Shown in pieces: positions 12,001-19,141 of a stretch of DNA of 61,959 nt (positions are counted from its first letter, which is position 1; the number at the start of each line of letters is the position of its first letter). The notes below the pieces were generated by a model that searched no databases, was not told the origin of the DNA, and saw only the letters and a list, made by a program, of their open reading frames with translations. This DNA comes from Candidatus Danuiimicrobium aquiferis. GTDB taxonomy: Bacteria > Omnitrophota > Omnitrophia > Omnitrophales > Danuiimicrobiaceae. Location of the stretch: the NCBI GenBank assembly GCA_001804285.1, contig MHFR01000045.1, positions 534 to 62,492 of the forward strand, written 5' to 3'. Both the position numbers and the translations under genes were made by a program.

Positions 12001-12241
12001 CGGATCTCATATTGATTCTCTGACCGAAGAGCAAAGCAAAAATCAGACGGCGGTACAATCGAAATTGGATGAAATTAAGACATTTGTTTCGGCGATTCAT
12101 AAGGCAACAGAAGCTCAGTCGTATGTGGCGCTTTCGGAGGAAGGCGAGGAACAGGTTCAAGCCATTATTCAGTCGACAATTGGCGGTGAAGAACCAACCG
12201 CAGCTGAACCTGCAGGCGGAACGACACCTCCCGTGACATAA
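2..12241 (+). CDS. Giant tandem-repeat protein, 5'-truncated by the window edge (>=4,079 aa visible). About 285 copies of a 13-aa NW unit plus a 340-aa non-repeat C-terminal module. Function unknown; possibly a secreted or surface fibre/adhesin.
   Basis: The reading frame is uninterrupted from the first bases of the window to TAA at 12239-12241. Periodicity is a strict in-frame 39 nt. Amino-acid positions are conserved while the DNA shows synonymous variation, so selection acts on the protein. The GTG at 5 is just an internal Val codon, so the true N-terminus lies upstream of the window. Confidence 0.85.
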   Translation, partial: NVNWNDLQVLSDVGVNWGDMEVLSDTNINWQDLQIMSDVGINWSDMKTLNDQNINWSDLQILSDSGINWSDLKVFTDANVNWDDFKVMTDTGVNWSDFKVISEAGINWSDLEVLSDAGVNWLDMKVLSDTNVNWDDLQLLSDNNINWNDLEILSDANINWNDLQIMTDVGLNWDDMVIMTKINVNWDDMKSMSDAGVNWSLFTSQGVNWADIRAMSIANVNWGDLQTMSDSNVNWSDWRTMSDMGVNWNDLQVLSDAGVNWSDMEVLSKANVNWDDLQVISETNVNWIDFKTMSESNVNWNDLRILSDAGVNWSDFKVLSETNVNWNDLQVMSDAGVNWSNLQVLTLANINWIDLQTMSDTGVNWSDFKVLSEMNINWDDLQALTDAGVNWADMKVFSEANVNWSDLEVMTDANVNWMDMQALSAANINWNDLQVMSDSHTNWSDFKVLSEAGVNWADFQEMSEAGVNWSDMKVLSDANINWSDMQMMTEMHVNWGDLEALHDANINWDDLQVLSMTNVNWADLETLTTAGVNWSDIQTMSDAGVNWSDFETLSETNINWEDLRVLSEAGVNWGDLKLLSDTNINWNDLQLLSDTNVNWSDFQILSDANVNWNDLQALSDAGINWDDFKVFSSANINWVDMKVLSDTGLNWGDMEVLSKANVNWGDLQVMSDAGVNWSDMKALSDTNVNWDDLQALSEAGVNWGDLQVMSDNNINWMDMQVLSQTNINWNDFKMMSDAGVNWSDMEVLSKANVNWNDLQVLSDIGVNWDDFQALSYANVNWGDLQALSDAGINWDDMNILTKANVNWNDMKMLSDAGINWGDLKLMSDAGVNWNDMEALSKTNVNWDDMQALSEANINWQDLQTMSDANVNWNDMQTMSDRNVNWDDLRILSDANVNWQDLELLSDAGVNWENMQVMSDAGVNWGDMEVLSKANVNWNDLQVMSEAGVNWGDMEILSKANVNWNDLQVMSDAGVNWGDMEVLSKANVNWNDLQVMSDAGVNWSDMEVLSKANVNWNDLQVLSDAGVNWSDMEVLSKANVNWGDLQVMSDAGVNWSDMEVLSKANVNWSDLQVLSDAGVNWSDLETLSKTNVNWADLRSLSDAGVNWGDMEVLSKANVNWSDLNVLSEAGVNWADMKVLTDAGINWGDMQVFSDANVNWNDMKALSDTNVNWFDLQMMSDAGVNWSDMKILGDTNVNWTDFQIMSDVGVNWSDMEVLSKANVNWNDFQVLSDAGVNWADLKVLSDTNVNWVDLQIMSDEGVNWIDLQGLSRANINWNDIQNLSDANVNWDDLRLLGNANVNWSDLQVLTDNNINWSDLKVLSDTGVNWDDLQALSDAGVNWSDMKALSQANVNWSDLQMLSDSNINWLDMQTFSDANVNWQDLRLLSDAGVNWSDFEVMSKANVNWDEFKTLSEANVNWGDLQVLSDAGINWDDLKTLSATNINWEDLKAMSDTNVNWLDMKALGDANVNWDDLQIMSDNNVNWLDMKALSDAGVNWSDLQVMSDVGVNWSDMKVFSEANVNWSDIKTMADMGVNWIDMEAMSDAGVNWDDLRVLSQTNVNWSDLEILSTANVNWNDLQTLTDAGVNWSDMEVLSKADINWNDLQVMSDAGVNWSDMEVLSKANVNWGDLQALSDANVNWNDLQVLTDAGVNWDDMQILSKANINWSDFGTLSKAGVNWSDLQVMSDTHVNWNDLKTLSDAGINWSDLKVMAETNVNWEDLKALSDMGVNWADLKSLGDANVNWSDLQSMSDAGVNWLDLQTLSKANVNWSDFQGLSEANINWADLQTMSDAGVNWSDFKTLSEANVNWGDLQAMSDAGVNWNDMEVLSKSNVNWDDLQVLSDMGLNWADFQVLSDTGINWADLGILGNSNINWADLQVMSDQGVNWADFETLSKANINWNDFQALSAANVNWVDLRILSQANVNWSDLQTLSDAGVNWNDFQVMSDAGVNWEDMKLLSEANVNWGDFEALSDANVNWNDLQVLSDAGVNWSDMQILTQANVNWGDLEVLSDANVNWSDLAILAASNVNWGDLQVMSDAGVNWSDMEVLSKANINWNDLEVMSDAGVNWSDMEVLSKANVNWDDLQVLSAAGVNWGDMEVLSKANVNWNNLQVMSDAGVNWGDMEVLSKANVNWNDLQVLSDAGVNWSDMEIMSKGNVNWNDLQVLSDAGVNWSDLEVLSKANVNWGDLQVLSDAGVNWSDMEVLSKANVNWGDLQVMSDAGVNWADMNVLTDANVNWDDLNVLSKANVNWFDMQTMSDAGVNWSDFKVLSEANVNWDDLQTLSDTGINWLDFKVLSDAGINWSDFQVMADANVNWSDMKAMSEMGVNWLDLESMHDANINWSDLHALSETQINWDDLQVLSKANINWSDFKTLTEAGVNWSDLQTMSDANVNWSDIRTLSETNVNWDDLQSLSEAGINWGDFKVMSDIGINWSDMRVLSETNINWSDMKNMSDAGVNWLDLEALSDSNVNWNDLQLMSDSNLNWNDFRALSDMGINWSDIEVMTDAGVNWSDFKVLSETNVNWNDLQVMSDAGVNWSDMGVLSSANVNWNDLQVLSDAGVNWNDFKVLGEANINWDDFQNMTDANVNWDDLNILSKTNVNWSDLQAMADMGVNWGDLKVLSDAGVNWSDMQALTAANVNWSGLKSLSDAGINWTDLEIMSDAGVNWADMKVLSEAIVNWDDIKALSEAGVNWNDFQALSAANVNWTDLNALSDANVNWLDLKQLSEANVNWANLQTMSDAGVNWSDMEVLSKANVNWSDFQTLSDANVNWSDFQVLSDANVNWNDMQLLSQANINWNDIKTLNDANVNWNDLQVLSDAGVNWSDFEVMSDTNINWNEIKSLSDTGINWSDIKTFADTNINWSDLKALSDVGINWSDMQLLANANINWTDLKVLSDAGVNWGDLNILSQANVNWTDLQTMSDAGVNWSDLGALSTANVNWSDLELMSDANVNWQEMKVLSDNNINWSDLQAMSDAGINWNDFEVLSKTNVNWDDLQVLSDAGVNWSDMNILSRANVNWSDIQTLADANINWSDLEVLSDTGVNWDDMKALSDAGVNWNDLEVMSDAGVNWSDMKVLADSNVNWSDLQVLGDAGINWNDFQALTLAGVNWEDMRILSAANVNWDGMKALSDGNVNWADMQLLTDAGVNWNDLKLMSESNVNWTNFEVMSSSGINWDDINLLSRAGVNWDGLSALADSNINWDDLQIMSKAGVNWGDFKALSEANVNWNDLQVMSDTGVNWNDLQMMSDMGVNWNDMQSLTDAGVNWADLKTLSDVGVNWNDFKVLGDANINWDDLQTLTDNGINWLDFRGLSEANVNWIGLEALAKANVNWEDLRSMSDEGINWSDFSSLTASNINWSDLKIMAESGVNWGDLSALSESNINWEDLQNMTDGNVNWEGLGEMSDANVNWSDFQVMSDAKVNWLELSELSEQNINWVGMKNLTEAQIDWTNLAQLTTAGVNWDSLASLSGADVNWDSLEVMSTAGVNWDGIDELSRAGVNWNDLKLMSEASINWGDFQVMSNINLNWEDLQTLSDVGINWSDFKLMSDTGINWSDMGVMAEANVNWEEIRTMSEINVNWLDLRSLTEAGINWNDIGAFSEAGINWSDIKVLSQAGVNWNDLQSLTEAGINWSDLGTMTEAGVNWLDLKVLAETNVNWDDLQSMTQAGINWSDMGALTKAGVNWVDLKVVTETNINWDDLGYMTGTGINWTDVQGRSVSHINWSSIAGLAGSNINWLDMATISDRVDGLITDLTDTLNTVTTMNTTIGTTGDTSAADTLFGKSMLILDGVNGINADNIDTLVEMLGDPSDLATTDTVFGKIAASRAVIDSVSSTLGATTDTSATASLYGKVLGVEEALDELDEGTLTQLATLSTTIGSTTDASTAETLFGKVAASRALVGTTSDATSTLSVFGKLAKLTSALDNVDGTTNSILEQTKGLSNTLTGSDSQSIQSKIENLKGLVEQLNGLTSTMATENLQQHVVSQQLINTLIDKVNQSASDLGFIGSHIDSLTEEQSKNQTAVQSKLDEIKTFVSAIHKATEAQSYVALSEEGEEQVQAIIQSTIGGEEPTAAEPAGGTTPPVT
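2741..3375 (+). repeat. Block of ~8 near-identical 78-nt super-units (DAGVNW[S/G]DMEVLSKANVNW[N/G/S]DLQV[M/L]S)
   Basis: Aligning consecutive 78-mers by eye (2761, 2839, 2917, 2995, 3073, 3151...) shows only a few substitutions per copy. This is far more similar than the rest of the array. Confidence 0.9.
6088..6680 (+). repeat. Second block of ~7.5 near-identical 78-nt super-units of the same DAGVNWSDMEVLSKANVNWNDLQV[M/L]S type
   Basis: It has the same 26-aa consensus as block 2741-3375, repeated with few changes. The two blocks are ~3.3 kb apart inside the same ORF. Confidence 0.9.
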
Positions 12242-12352
12242 GGACTTGAAACACCCGGTAAGGAAAGATAAGGTATTTCGGCCTAAATAGTCAATTTTAG
12301 GAATTATTAGCCGTTAATAATAAAAAAGTAAAACGTTCATTTATTGTGTTTG

Positions 12353-12451
12353 TTTAGCGTTTTGAAGTTGACCATTGCCCCTCACCCTACCCATCTCCCG
12401 GGGGAGAGGGCAGGGGCGAGGGAGATTTATTCATAACTTCAAAATGCTAAA
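12353..12451. repeat. Type-A palindromic element (~100 nt): AT-rich arms flanking a GC-rich core CCCCTCACCC...GGGGGAGAGGG...GAGGG
   Basis: The left arm TTTAGCGTTTTGAAGTT is the reverse complement, with 1 mismatch, of the right arm AACTTCAAAATGCTAAA. The core itself is an imperfect palindrome. A full second copy lies in inverted orientation at 44262-44360, and a core-only copy at 41951-42008. Confidence 0.8.
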
Positions 12452-12505
12452 TAACTCAACCTGACCGTTTTTTTTGATTGAGCAGTTTACAACACTTTAT
12501 GCTGC

Positions 12506-12573
12506 GTCATTCCCGAAAGCTTTTGTCGGGAATCTACAGCCTTAGATTCCCGCTTAAAACTTGCGGGAATGAC
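12506..12573. repeat. Type-B double-hairpin element (~65-75 nt): outer stem GTCAT/ATGAC enclosing two hairpins ATTCCCGN...NCGGGAAT
   Basis: The sequence is GTCATTCCCGAAAGCTTTTGTCGGGAAT...ATTCCCGCTTAAAACTTGCGGGAATGAC. Related copies lie at 38412-38486 and 42834-42896, and a longer relative at 30871-31033. Confidence 0.8.
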
Positions 12574-12689
12574 AAAAAACCGGTCAACCTGAGTAAATAA
12601 TTATCATTTATTAACCATTTAGCCCGGATTTCTCGTCGATTTGCGAAATTGATGAGAAGGTGTCGGGATAGGAACCTATAACGGCTAAA

Positions 12690-14036
12690 ATGAGAATATT
12701 TAGCGCAAATAATAGATTTTTTCTGCTATTTTTTATACTGAGTAGTTCATTCCTTTACTATTTTTTCCCTTTGCAGCCGCTTTGTGCGGAAGAGGCGATT
12801 GAGATTAAAATTGTCGCTATCAATCCCTCTCCTAAAGCTAAAACCACCGCTAAAATTATGCAGGCATTGCCGCCGGAAGTAAAACAAGAGGATGTGATAG
12901 ATGCCCAAGGGCTTCAAATTATTTATAATCCCGATCAAGACAACTATGCAGTTTCAGGGGAAATAGAATTACAGCCGCGTGAGAAAAAAACGATCACCGT
13001 TAAAGTCAGAAATGTCTGGTCGATTTCCGGCGATGAAATTCAGGAAGTTCGGGATCAATTAGCTAAAAATGTGCAGTCGCTTGCCGGAACCAAATATGAG
13101 ACGACCAGTAAATTATTAGCGGATAAAGTCCAACAAGAACTCGATAGTGTTCAAGCAGATGAAGAAAAGGCGGTCGGGATTAAACAGAAGATTGATCTTT
13201 ACCGGGCGCATGTAAAGCAGCTCGAAGCCATCAGGACAAGAGTGATTTCTTTGGAGTCCATGCGGCGGGTGGGAGATGAGCAGCAAGAAGGCGCACGAAC
13301 GGTTGAATTTAAAGTTTCGGCGTCGAACCCGTCGAACGAACCAAAGGCGATGACGGTACGGTCAGCTTTGCCCGAAGATATCACGAGTGATGCTGTTCTG
13401 GATAAGGGTGATTTTATGATGCTCTTTGACCAATCCAAGGGCCGCTTTATTGTCGAAAAGCAGGATAATTTTAATGCGAAAGAAGCCAAAACATACACAA
13501 TTATTTTAAGAGATATTTGGTATATCCCAAAACCAGAGCTGGATTATTTGGGGGAACAAACACAAAAGTTGGTGAAGCAGTTTGAAGGAAGTCAGTATGC
13601 GGGGTATGCGACTCAATTGGGAGATGTGATTAAGCAGAATCTCGACAAGATTAATGAACTGCAGGAGGAAATCGGAGCAGATGCGTCTATTAGCGATCGT
13701 AAGCGCACATTTATTCTAAATTCCGGCCGGCTGGATCTGGCCAAGAAAAAAATTAAAGAACTTCAAGAGTTATTGCTCGAATTGCCTATCACAGTCAAAA
13801 AGAAAGAAGACCAAATTAAGGCGATTCGGGAATTTCAGAAAGCGCTGGAGAAAATTCTGAGCATGGGAATCGACCCGGAGAAGAAGACGACATGGTTTAT
13901 CATTCTCGGGATTATTGCGATAGTTTTTATCGTAGGACTGATTTTTTATTTTACATGGCTTGCAAAATTAAAACAAAGTAAAGAAAAAGAAAGAAAGATT
14001 GCGTCTTCGCAACAGGCGACGCAATCTAAAACCTGA
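12690..14036 (+). CDS. Membrane-anchored protein of unknown family with an internal tandem duplication; first gene of the ATPase/T2SS-like array
   Basis: 448-aa ATG ORF. It has a hydrophobic N-terminal signal/anchor (FFLLFFILSSSFLYYFF..LCAEE). A C-terminal TM helix (WFIILGIIAIVFIVGLIFYFTWL) is followed by a basic tail. Two homologous ~125-aa modules (aa ~36-160 and ~205-330) are each followed by helical, heptad-like sequence. Confidence 0.75.
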   Translation: MRIFSANNRFFLLFFILSSSFLYYFFPLQPLCAEEAIEIKIVAINPSPKAKTTAKIMQALPPEVKQEDVIDAQGLQIIYNPDQDNYAVSGEIELQPREKKTITVKVRNVWSISGDEIQEVRDQLAKNVQSLAGTKYETTSKLLADKVQQELDSVQADEEKAVGIKQKIDLYRAHVKQLEAIRTRVISLESMRRVGDEQQEGARTVEFKVSASNPSNEPKAMTVRSALPEDITSDAVLDKGDFMMLFDQSKGRFIVEKQDNFNAKEAKTYTIILRDIWYIPKPELDYLGEQTQKLVKQFEGSQYAGYATQLGDVIKQNLDKINELQEEIGADASISDRKRTFILNSGRLDLAKKKIKELQELLLELPITVKKKEDQIKAIREFQKALEKILSMGIDPEKKTTWFIILGIIAIVFIVGLIFYFTWLAKLKQSKEKERKIASSQQATQSKT

Positions 14037-14047
14037 TTGATCCAATT

Positions 14048-15544
14048 ATGACGAGTGATTTACGATATAAAGAATTTGGCGTAGTTAAATCCGTTTGCGG
14101 TTGCGTTGTAAACGTATTAAATTTAAAGAATTGTTTTCTCGGACAACTAGTCCGTTTTGGCTATGGCACCGAGGGGATTATTATGGGATTTAATCCGGAT
14201 AGTGCCATGGTGCTTGTCGTCAAACAAAACGAGCCGCTTTCCGCCGGGACGAAAGTGGAAGCAACCCTTGAGCCGTTCAACATGCCGACGGGTGAAAAGT
14301 TTATGGGGCGTGTGGTGAATCCACTCGGAGAGGCTTTGGATGGGCAGGGCGATATTGAACCCGATGAAATGCTGCCTTATTTTGCGAAAGGGCCCGGAAT
14401 CATGGATCGAAATCCCGTTGTCGTGACGATTGAAACCGGTGTCAAGATGGTTGATACGATGCTGCCTCTTGGGCACGGCCAGAGGTCACTCATCATGGGT
14501 GATAAAATGATGGGGAAAACGACCATCGGTACGGATATTATCCTTAATCAAAAGGGAAGAAATGTGATTTGTATTTATTGTGCGATTGGGAAACCGCGGG
14601 CGACTTTGTCGCGTGTGATTAATTTACTGAGCCAAAACGGCTGTTTGGATTATACGATTGTTTGTTCTGCCGGCGCCAACACATCTCCGGGTCAGCAATA
14701 TTTAGCGCCTTACGCCGCTTGTTCTCTCGGCGAGTATTTTATGAAACGAGGCAAGCGCGTATTTGTTTTATTTGACGATTTTACCAAGCATGCGTGGTCG
14801 TATCGTGAACTTTCACTGCTGATGGGTGTTCCGCCGGGACGAGATTCTTATCCCGGAGACGTATTTTATTTGCATTCCAGGATGATTGAACGCGCTGCAC
14901 AGCTGAACGATAAATTAGGAAATGGTTCCATGACGTTTATCGCGATCGTGGAATTGCTTGAAGGAGATTTAACGGCATATGTTCCGACAAATTTGGTGTC
15001 TATGACCGACGGTCAAATTGTGTTGAATACGACCTCGTTTAACGAAGGATTCCGTCCCGCTCTGGATATTGGTTTATCGGTGTCACGTATCGGAACGAAA
15101 GTTCAGTGGAAAGCCATGAAGGATGTAAGTAAATCCATGCGTTTGGAATATATTCAATATAAAGAACTATTGCGTATCAGTAAATTGTCTACAGGCGGTA
15201 TTTCCGTGGAAACACAGGAAAAACTGGATTCGGGAAAACTATTGACCTCGTTAATTGTTCAAGGGCCCAATGTTCCGGTTGACTATGTCCGGCAAATTAT
15301 GGTTTTTTTCGTAAGAAACGAGAAGTTATTGAAAGGATTGACCCCGGAGCAGGGAGGCTTGTTTGTAGAAAATATTTTGGAATATGCCGAACAACATGAT
15401 CATGGTTTGGTCGCGGAGTTGCGCAGTAAGAAAGACTTAAAAGATGACCTGAAGCAAAGAATTACAAAAGTTGCTCAGATTTTGATCGATGATATTAAAC
15501 AGGGTTCTGTTCAAAAAGCTTCGCCTGTGGGGGCTGCGAATTGA
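14048..15544 (+). CDS. atpA: F-type ATPase alpha subunit, divergent
   Basis: It matches alpha signature blocks: ETGVKMVDTMLPLGHGQRSLIMGDKMMGKT (P-loop GxxxxGKT at 14498-14521), PGRDSYPGDVFYLHSRMIERAA, VPTNLVSMTDGQIVL and GLSVSRIG. The N-terminus looks ~20 aa shorter than E. coli alpha, based on an alignment from memory. Confidence 0.9.
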   Translation: MTSDLRYKEFGVVKSVCGCVVNVLNLKNCFLGQLVRFGYGTEGIIMGFNPDSAMVLVVKQNEPLSAGTKVEATLEPFNMPTGEKFMGRVVNPLGEALDGQGDIEPDEMLPYFAKGPGIMDRNPVVVTIETGVKMVDTMLPLGHGQRSLIMGDKMMGKTTIGTDIILNQKGRNVICIYCAIGKPRATLSRVINLLSQNGCLDYTIVCSAGANTSPGQQYLAPYAACSLGEYFMKRGKRVFVLFDDFTKHAWSYRELSLLMGVPPGRDSYPGDVFYLHSRMIERAAQLNDKLGNGSMTFIAIVELLEGDLTAYVPTNLVSMTDGQIVLNTTSFNEGFRPALDIGLSVSRIGTKVQWKAMKDVSKSMRLEYIQYKELLRISKLSTGGISVETQEKLDSGKLLTSLIVQGPNVPVDYVRQIMVFFVRNEKLLKGLTPEQGGLFVENILEYAEQHDHGLVAELRSKKDLKDDLKQRITKVAQILIDDIKQGSVQKASPVGAAN

Positions 15545-15804
15545 ACACATTTAATCTGCGCGTGTTGAGTTCTGTTCGTGTGTTGTTTAGTGAACAAGTG
15601 GCGTCTGTGTTTCTTTCGGGGGATGAAGGGGAATTTGAATTGCTTCCTTTTCATTACCCATTGATGGCTGCTCTGCCTGAAGGGGAAATTGTCATTGCCG
15701 GATATGACAAAATTCCATTACGACAGGGGGTTGTTGTTTTTTTAGATAATATCTGTACGATTATTATTGAAGAATTAGTCGCGGAATCTTTTATTGAAAA
15801 TTAA
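15541..15804 (+). CDS. atpC: F-type ATPase epsilon subunit, N-terminal beta-sandwich domain only (87 aa)
   Basis: LRVLSSVRVLFSEQVASVFLSGDEGEFELLPFHYPLMAALPEGEIVIA aligns with E. coli epsilon [48 protein letters not shown]. The C-terminal helical hairpin is absent. The TTG start overlaps the atpA stop (TTGA). Confidence 0.8.
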   Translation: MNTFNLRVLSSVRVLFSEQVASVFLSGDEGEFELLPFHYPLMAALPEGEIVIAGYDKIPLRQGVVVFLDNICTIIIEELVAESFIEN

Positions 15805-15824
15805 ACCGATTTAAAGGATGGGCC

Positions 15825-16040
15825 ATGCAAAATGCAATTGCGTTAGTAGGCATCATGTTCATCGCTGTCATGGGGCCGGCGATTGTTATTGCTGTGATCG
15901 GTTTTGCGACCATTAAAGCTTTGGGGCGGAACCCGTCTGCAGCGCCCAAGATTTTTATGGGAGTCGTGATGATGCTTATTTTTGCTGAAGCGACATCCAT
16001 TATCGCACTTTTAATCATTTACCAGTTGTTTCATCCATAA
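15825..16040 (+). CDS. atpE: F-type ATPase c subunit (71 aa hairpin)
   Basis: It has two TM helices joined by the polar loop ALGRNPSAAP (compare ARQP in E. coli). A carboxylate sits in helix 2 (FAEATS, Glu codon 15987-15989). The helix-1 GxGxGxG motif is largely replaced (VMGPAIVIAVIGFA). Confidence 0.85.
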   Translation: MQNAIALVGIMFIAVMGPAIVIAVIGFATIKALGRNPSAAPKIFMGVVMMLIFAEATSIIALLIIYQLFHP

Positions 16041-16059
16041 AAAGTGATCGGGAGGCGTT

Positions 16060-16809
16060 ATGAAGTTCATTCACATTGTTCAGTTTCTAATTTTTCAAAG
16101 CATTTTTGTCGGGATTGTTATTTATTTTCTAAGAAAAATATTTTATGCCGACACCGATAGTGCCATTAATCGGTTGGGCAGCGTCCATGAAGATATGCAG
16201 AAGAAACAGCAGGAGTTGGCACAGAAAATCGACCTAGCCGAAAAGGAATATCAAAACAAGAAAGACGAGGCGATTGCGATCAAAGACAAGCTTCAGGCAC
16301 AAGCGGTGGATGAATCCAGAAAAAAGAAAGATGAAATGATGAAAGAGGCGAAGGTGGAAGCCGATGCCCTGATTGACAAGGCGGTGAAATCGAGCGCAAA
16401 ACATTTGAAAGACATAGAAAAGAATTTTAATGTCAAAGTGATAGAATTCAGTGCGGCGCTTATCCGGTCTATTTTTAGTGAAGAAACATTGAAGAAAATC
16501 CATCAGGATTTTGTTGCGGATTTCCTGACTCGAAGTAAAGATTTGGATCTGACGAGCGTGAGCGAAGATATTTCAGATTTAACGATTAAGACAGCCCTGC
16601 CTTTGGAAGAAGAGGTGAAGGTGAAATTAAATACGATGATCCAAGCGAAATTAAAAAGAGAAATCACGTTTACTGAAGTCGTTGATAAAGAGCTTGTGGC
16701 GGGGATTTTGCTCCAACTTGGGACGCTTGTGTTGGATGTGTCCGTCAGTAACGCTATTCGTGAGAAAAATTTGGAAATGCGGCGCGATCAGGAAATTGCA
16801 AACCGGTAA
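16060..16809 (+). CDS. atpF: F-type ATPase b subunit fused to a delta (OSCP) C-terminal-like segment (249 aa)
   Basis: It has an N-terminal TM helix followed by a long charged helix typical of b. The C-terminal ~65 aa (from ~16582), ALPLEEEVKVKLNTMIQAKLKREITFTEVVDKELVAGILLQLGTLVLDVSVSNAIRE, resembles the E. coli delta C-terminus (...[35 protein letters not shown]). No separate delta gene is present. Confidence 0.7.
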   Translation: MKFIHIVQFLIFQSIFVGIVIYFLRKIFYADTDSAINRLGSVHEDMQKKQQELAQKIDLAEKEYQNKKDEAIAIKDKLQAQAVDESRKKKDEMMKEAKVEADALIDKAVKSSAKHLKDIEKNFNVKVIEFSAALIRSIFSEETLKKIHQDFVADFLTRSKDLDLTSVSEDISDLTIKTALPLEEEVKVKLNTMIQAKLKREITFTEVVDKELVAGILLQLGTLVLDVSVSNAIREKNLEMRRDQEIANR

Positions 16810-16818
16810 TGACAAAAC

Positions 16819-17688
16819 ATGGGTAAGGTTTCATCTCTTAAGGCAGAAGTAGAAGAAGTAAGGGATCTTGTTGAGATTTTTAGCGTATTGAAGGATGTCG
16901 CGACAAACCGTTATTATCAGATGATTGGACAGCAGGAAGATTTATCGAATTTTTTTAAGGAATTCGATGTGTTTTTTAATATGTTGGGTTCTTTGAATAC
17001 GAGTAGTCCGCTGATTAGAAATACGAATCCGGTAACTATTATTCTTACAGTGACTGCTGAGCCAAGTTTTATGTCAATTTTAAATTCCAAGGTTTGTAAT
17101 ACAGCTTTGGAAGAGTACAAGAAACGTCCGAATTCGAAAGTGGTTTGTGTCGGATGGCGTGGAGAAGATAAATGCAAGCAGCTCGGGATGGAAGTGGATC
17201 AAACGTATAAAAATGTTGAAGAGTTTGGACGGTATCAGTCCGCGCTTAAAATCCGGGATTATTTGATGGAGAAAGTGATAAGCGGAAAAGCGGGGCGGGT
17301 AATTTGTGTGAGTGTTTTTGCGCAAAATTTCAGCATGCTTAAACCTAAGGTTGTGACTCTTCTTCCCGCCGAAGATATGATTAAAAAGGGAGCTGCTGAA
17401 GGAAAACGGTCGAATCTTGGGCAAGGAAGAGATTTTATTCTTGAATCCGGCGTGGATGCGTTGATGCGGGTGATTGCCGATGTTTGGGTAACGACAAGAA
17501 TTGTAGAGATCCTTTCGGAAACCAAACTTGCCGAATTTGCGGCTCAAGCGCAGCAGCTTGATTCCAGTATCGACGGGTTATCTGCGGAGCGGAAAGGATT
17601 AAACATTCAATTTAAAAAGGCGTTGCGGGCAAATCTGAATAAAGCGATACGTGAGGTTGTTGTTGCAAGCAAAATAAAGAAAAATTAA
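16819..17688 (+). CDS. atpG: F-type ATPase gamma subunit, highly divergent
   Basis: Its size (289 aa) and its position between b and beta fit gamma. The N- and C-terminal helices show weak gamma-like patterns (C-terminus LNIQFKKALRANLNKAIREVVVAS versus the canonical NKxRQAxITxELxEIV). Confidence 0.65.
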   Translation: MGKVSSLKAEVEEVRDLVEIFSVLKDVATNRYYQMIGQQEDLSNFFKEFDVFFNMLGSLNTSSPLIRNTNPVTIILTVTAEPSFMSILNSKVCNTALEEYKKRPNSKVVCVGWRGEDKCKQLGMEVDQTYKNVEEFGRYQSALKIRDYLMEKVISGKAGRVICVSVFAQNFSMLKPKVVTLLPAEDMIKKGAAEGKRSNLGQGRDFILESGVDALMRVIADVWVTTRIVEILSETKLAEFAAQAQQLDSSIDGLSAERKGLNIQFKKALRANLNKAIREVVVASKIKKN

Positions 17689-17713
17689 CATTTCATTACA
17701 GGGAAAGGTCTGA

Positions 17714-19129
<1,416 letters not shown>

Positions 19130-19141
19130 AGGAGTTTGTTC

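Noticed and set aside
11221-12241. Prophage or tail-fibre origin of the giant gene's C-terminal module, or a mobile island around it
   Set aside because: No integrase, transposase, terminase, capsid or tRNA attachment site is present anywhere in the window. The motif similarity to tail fibres comes only from memory and is not verifiable here, so it is kept only as something to test.
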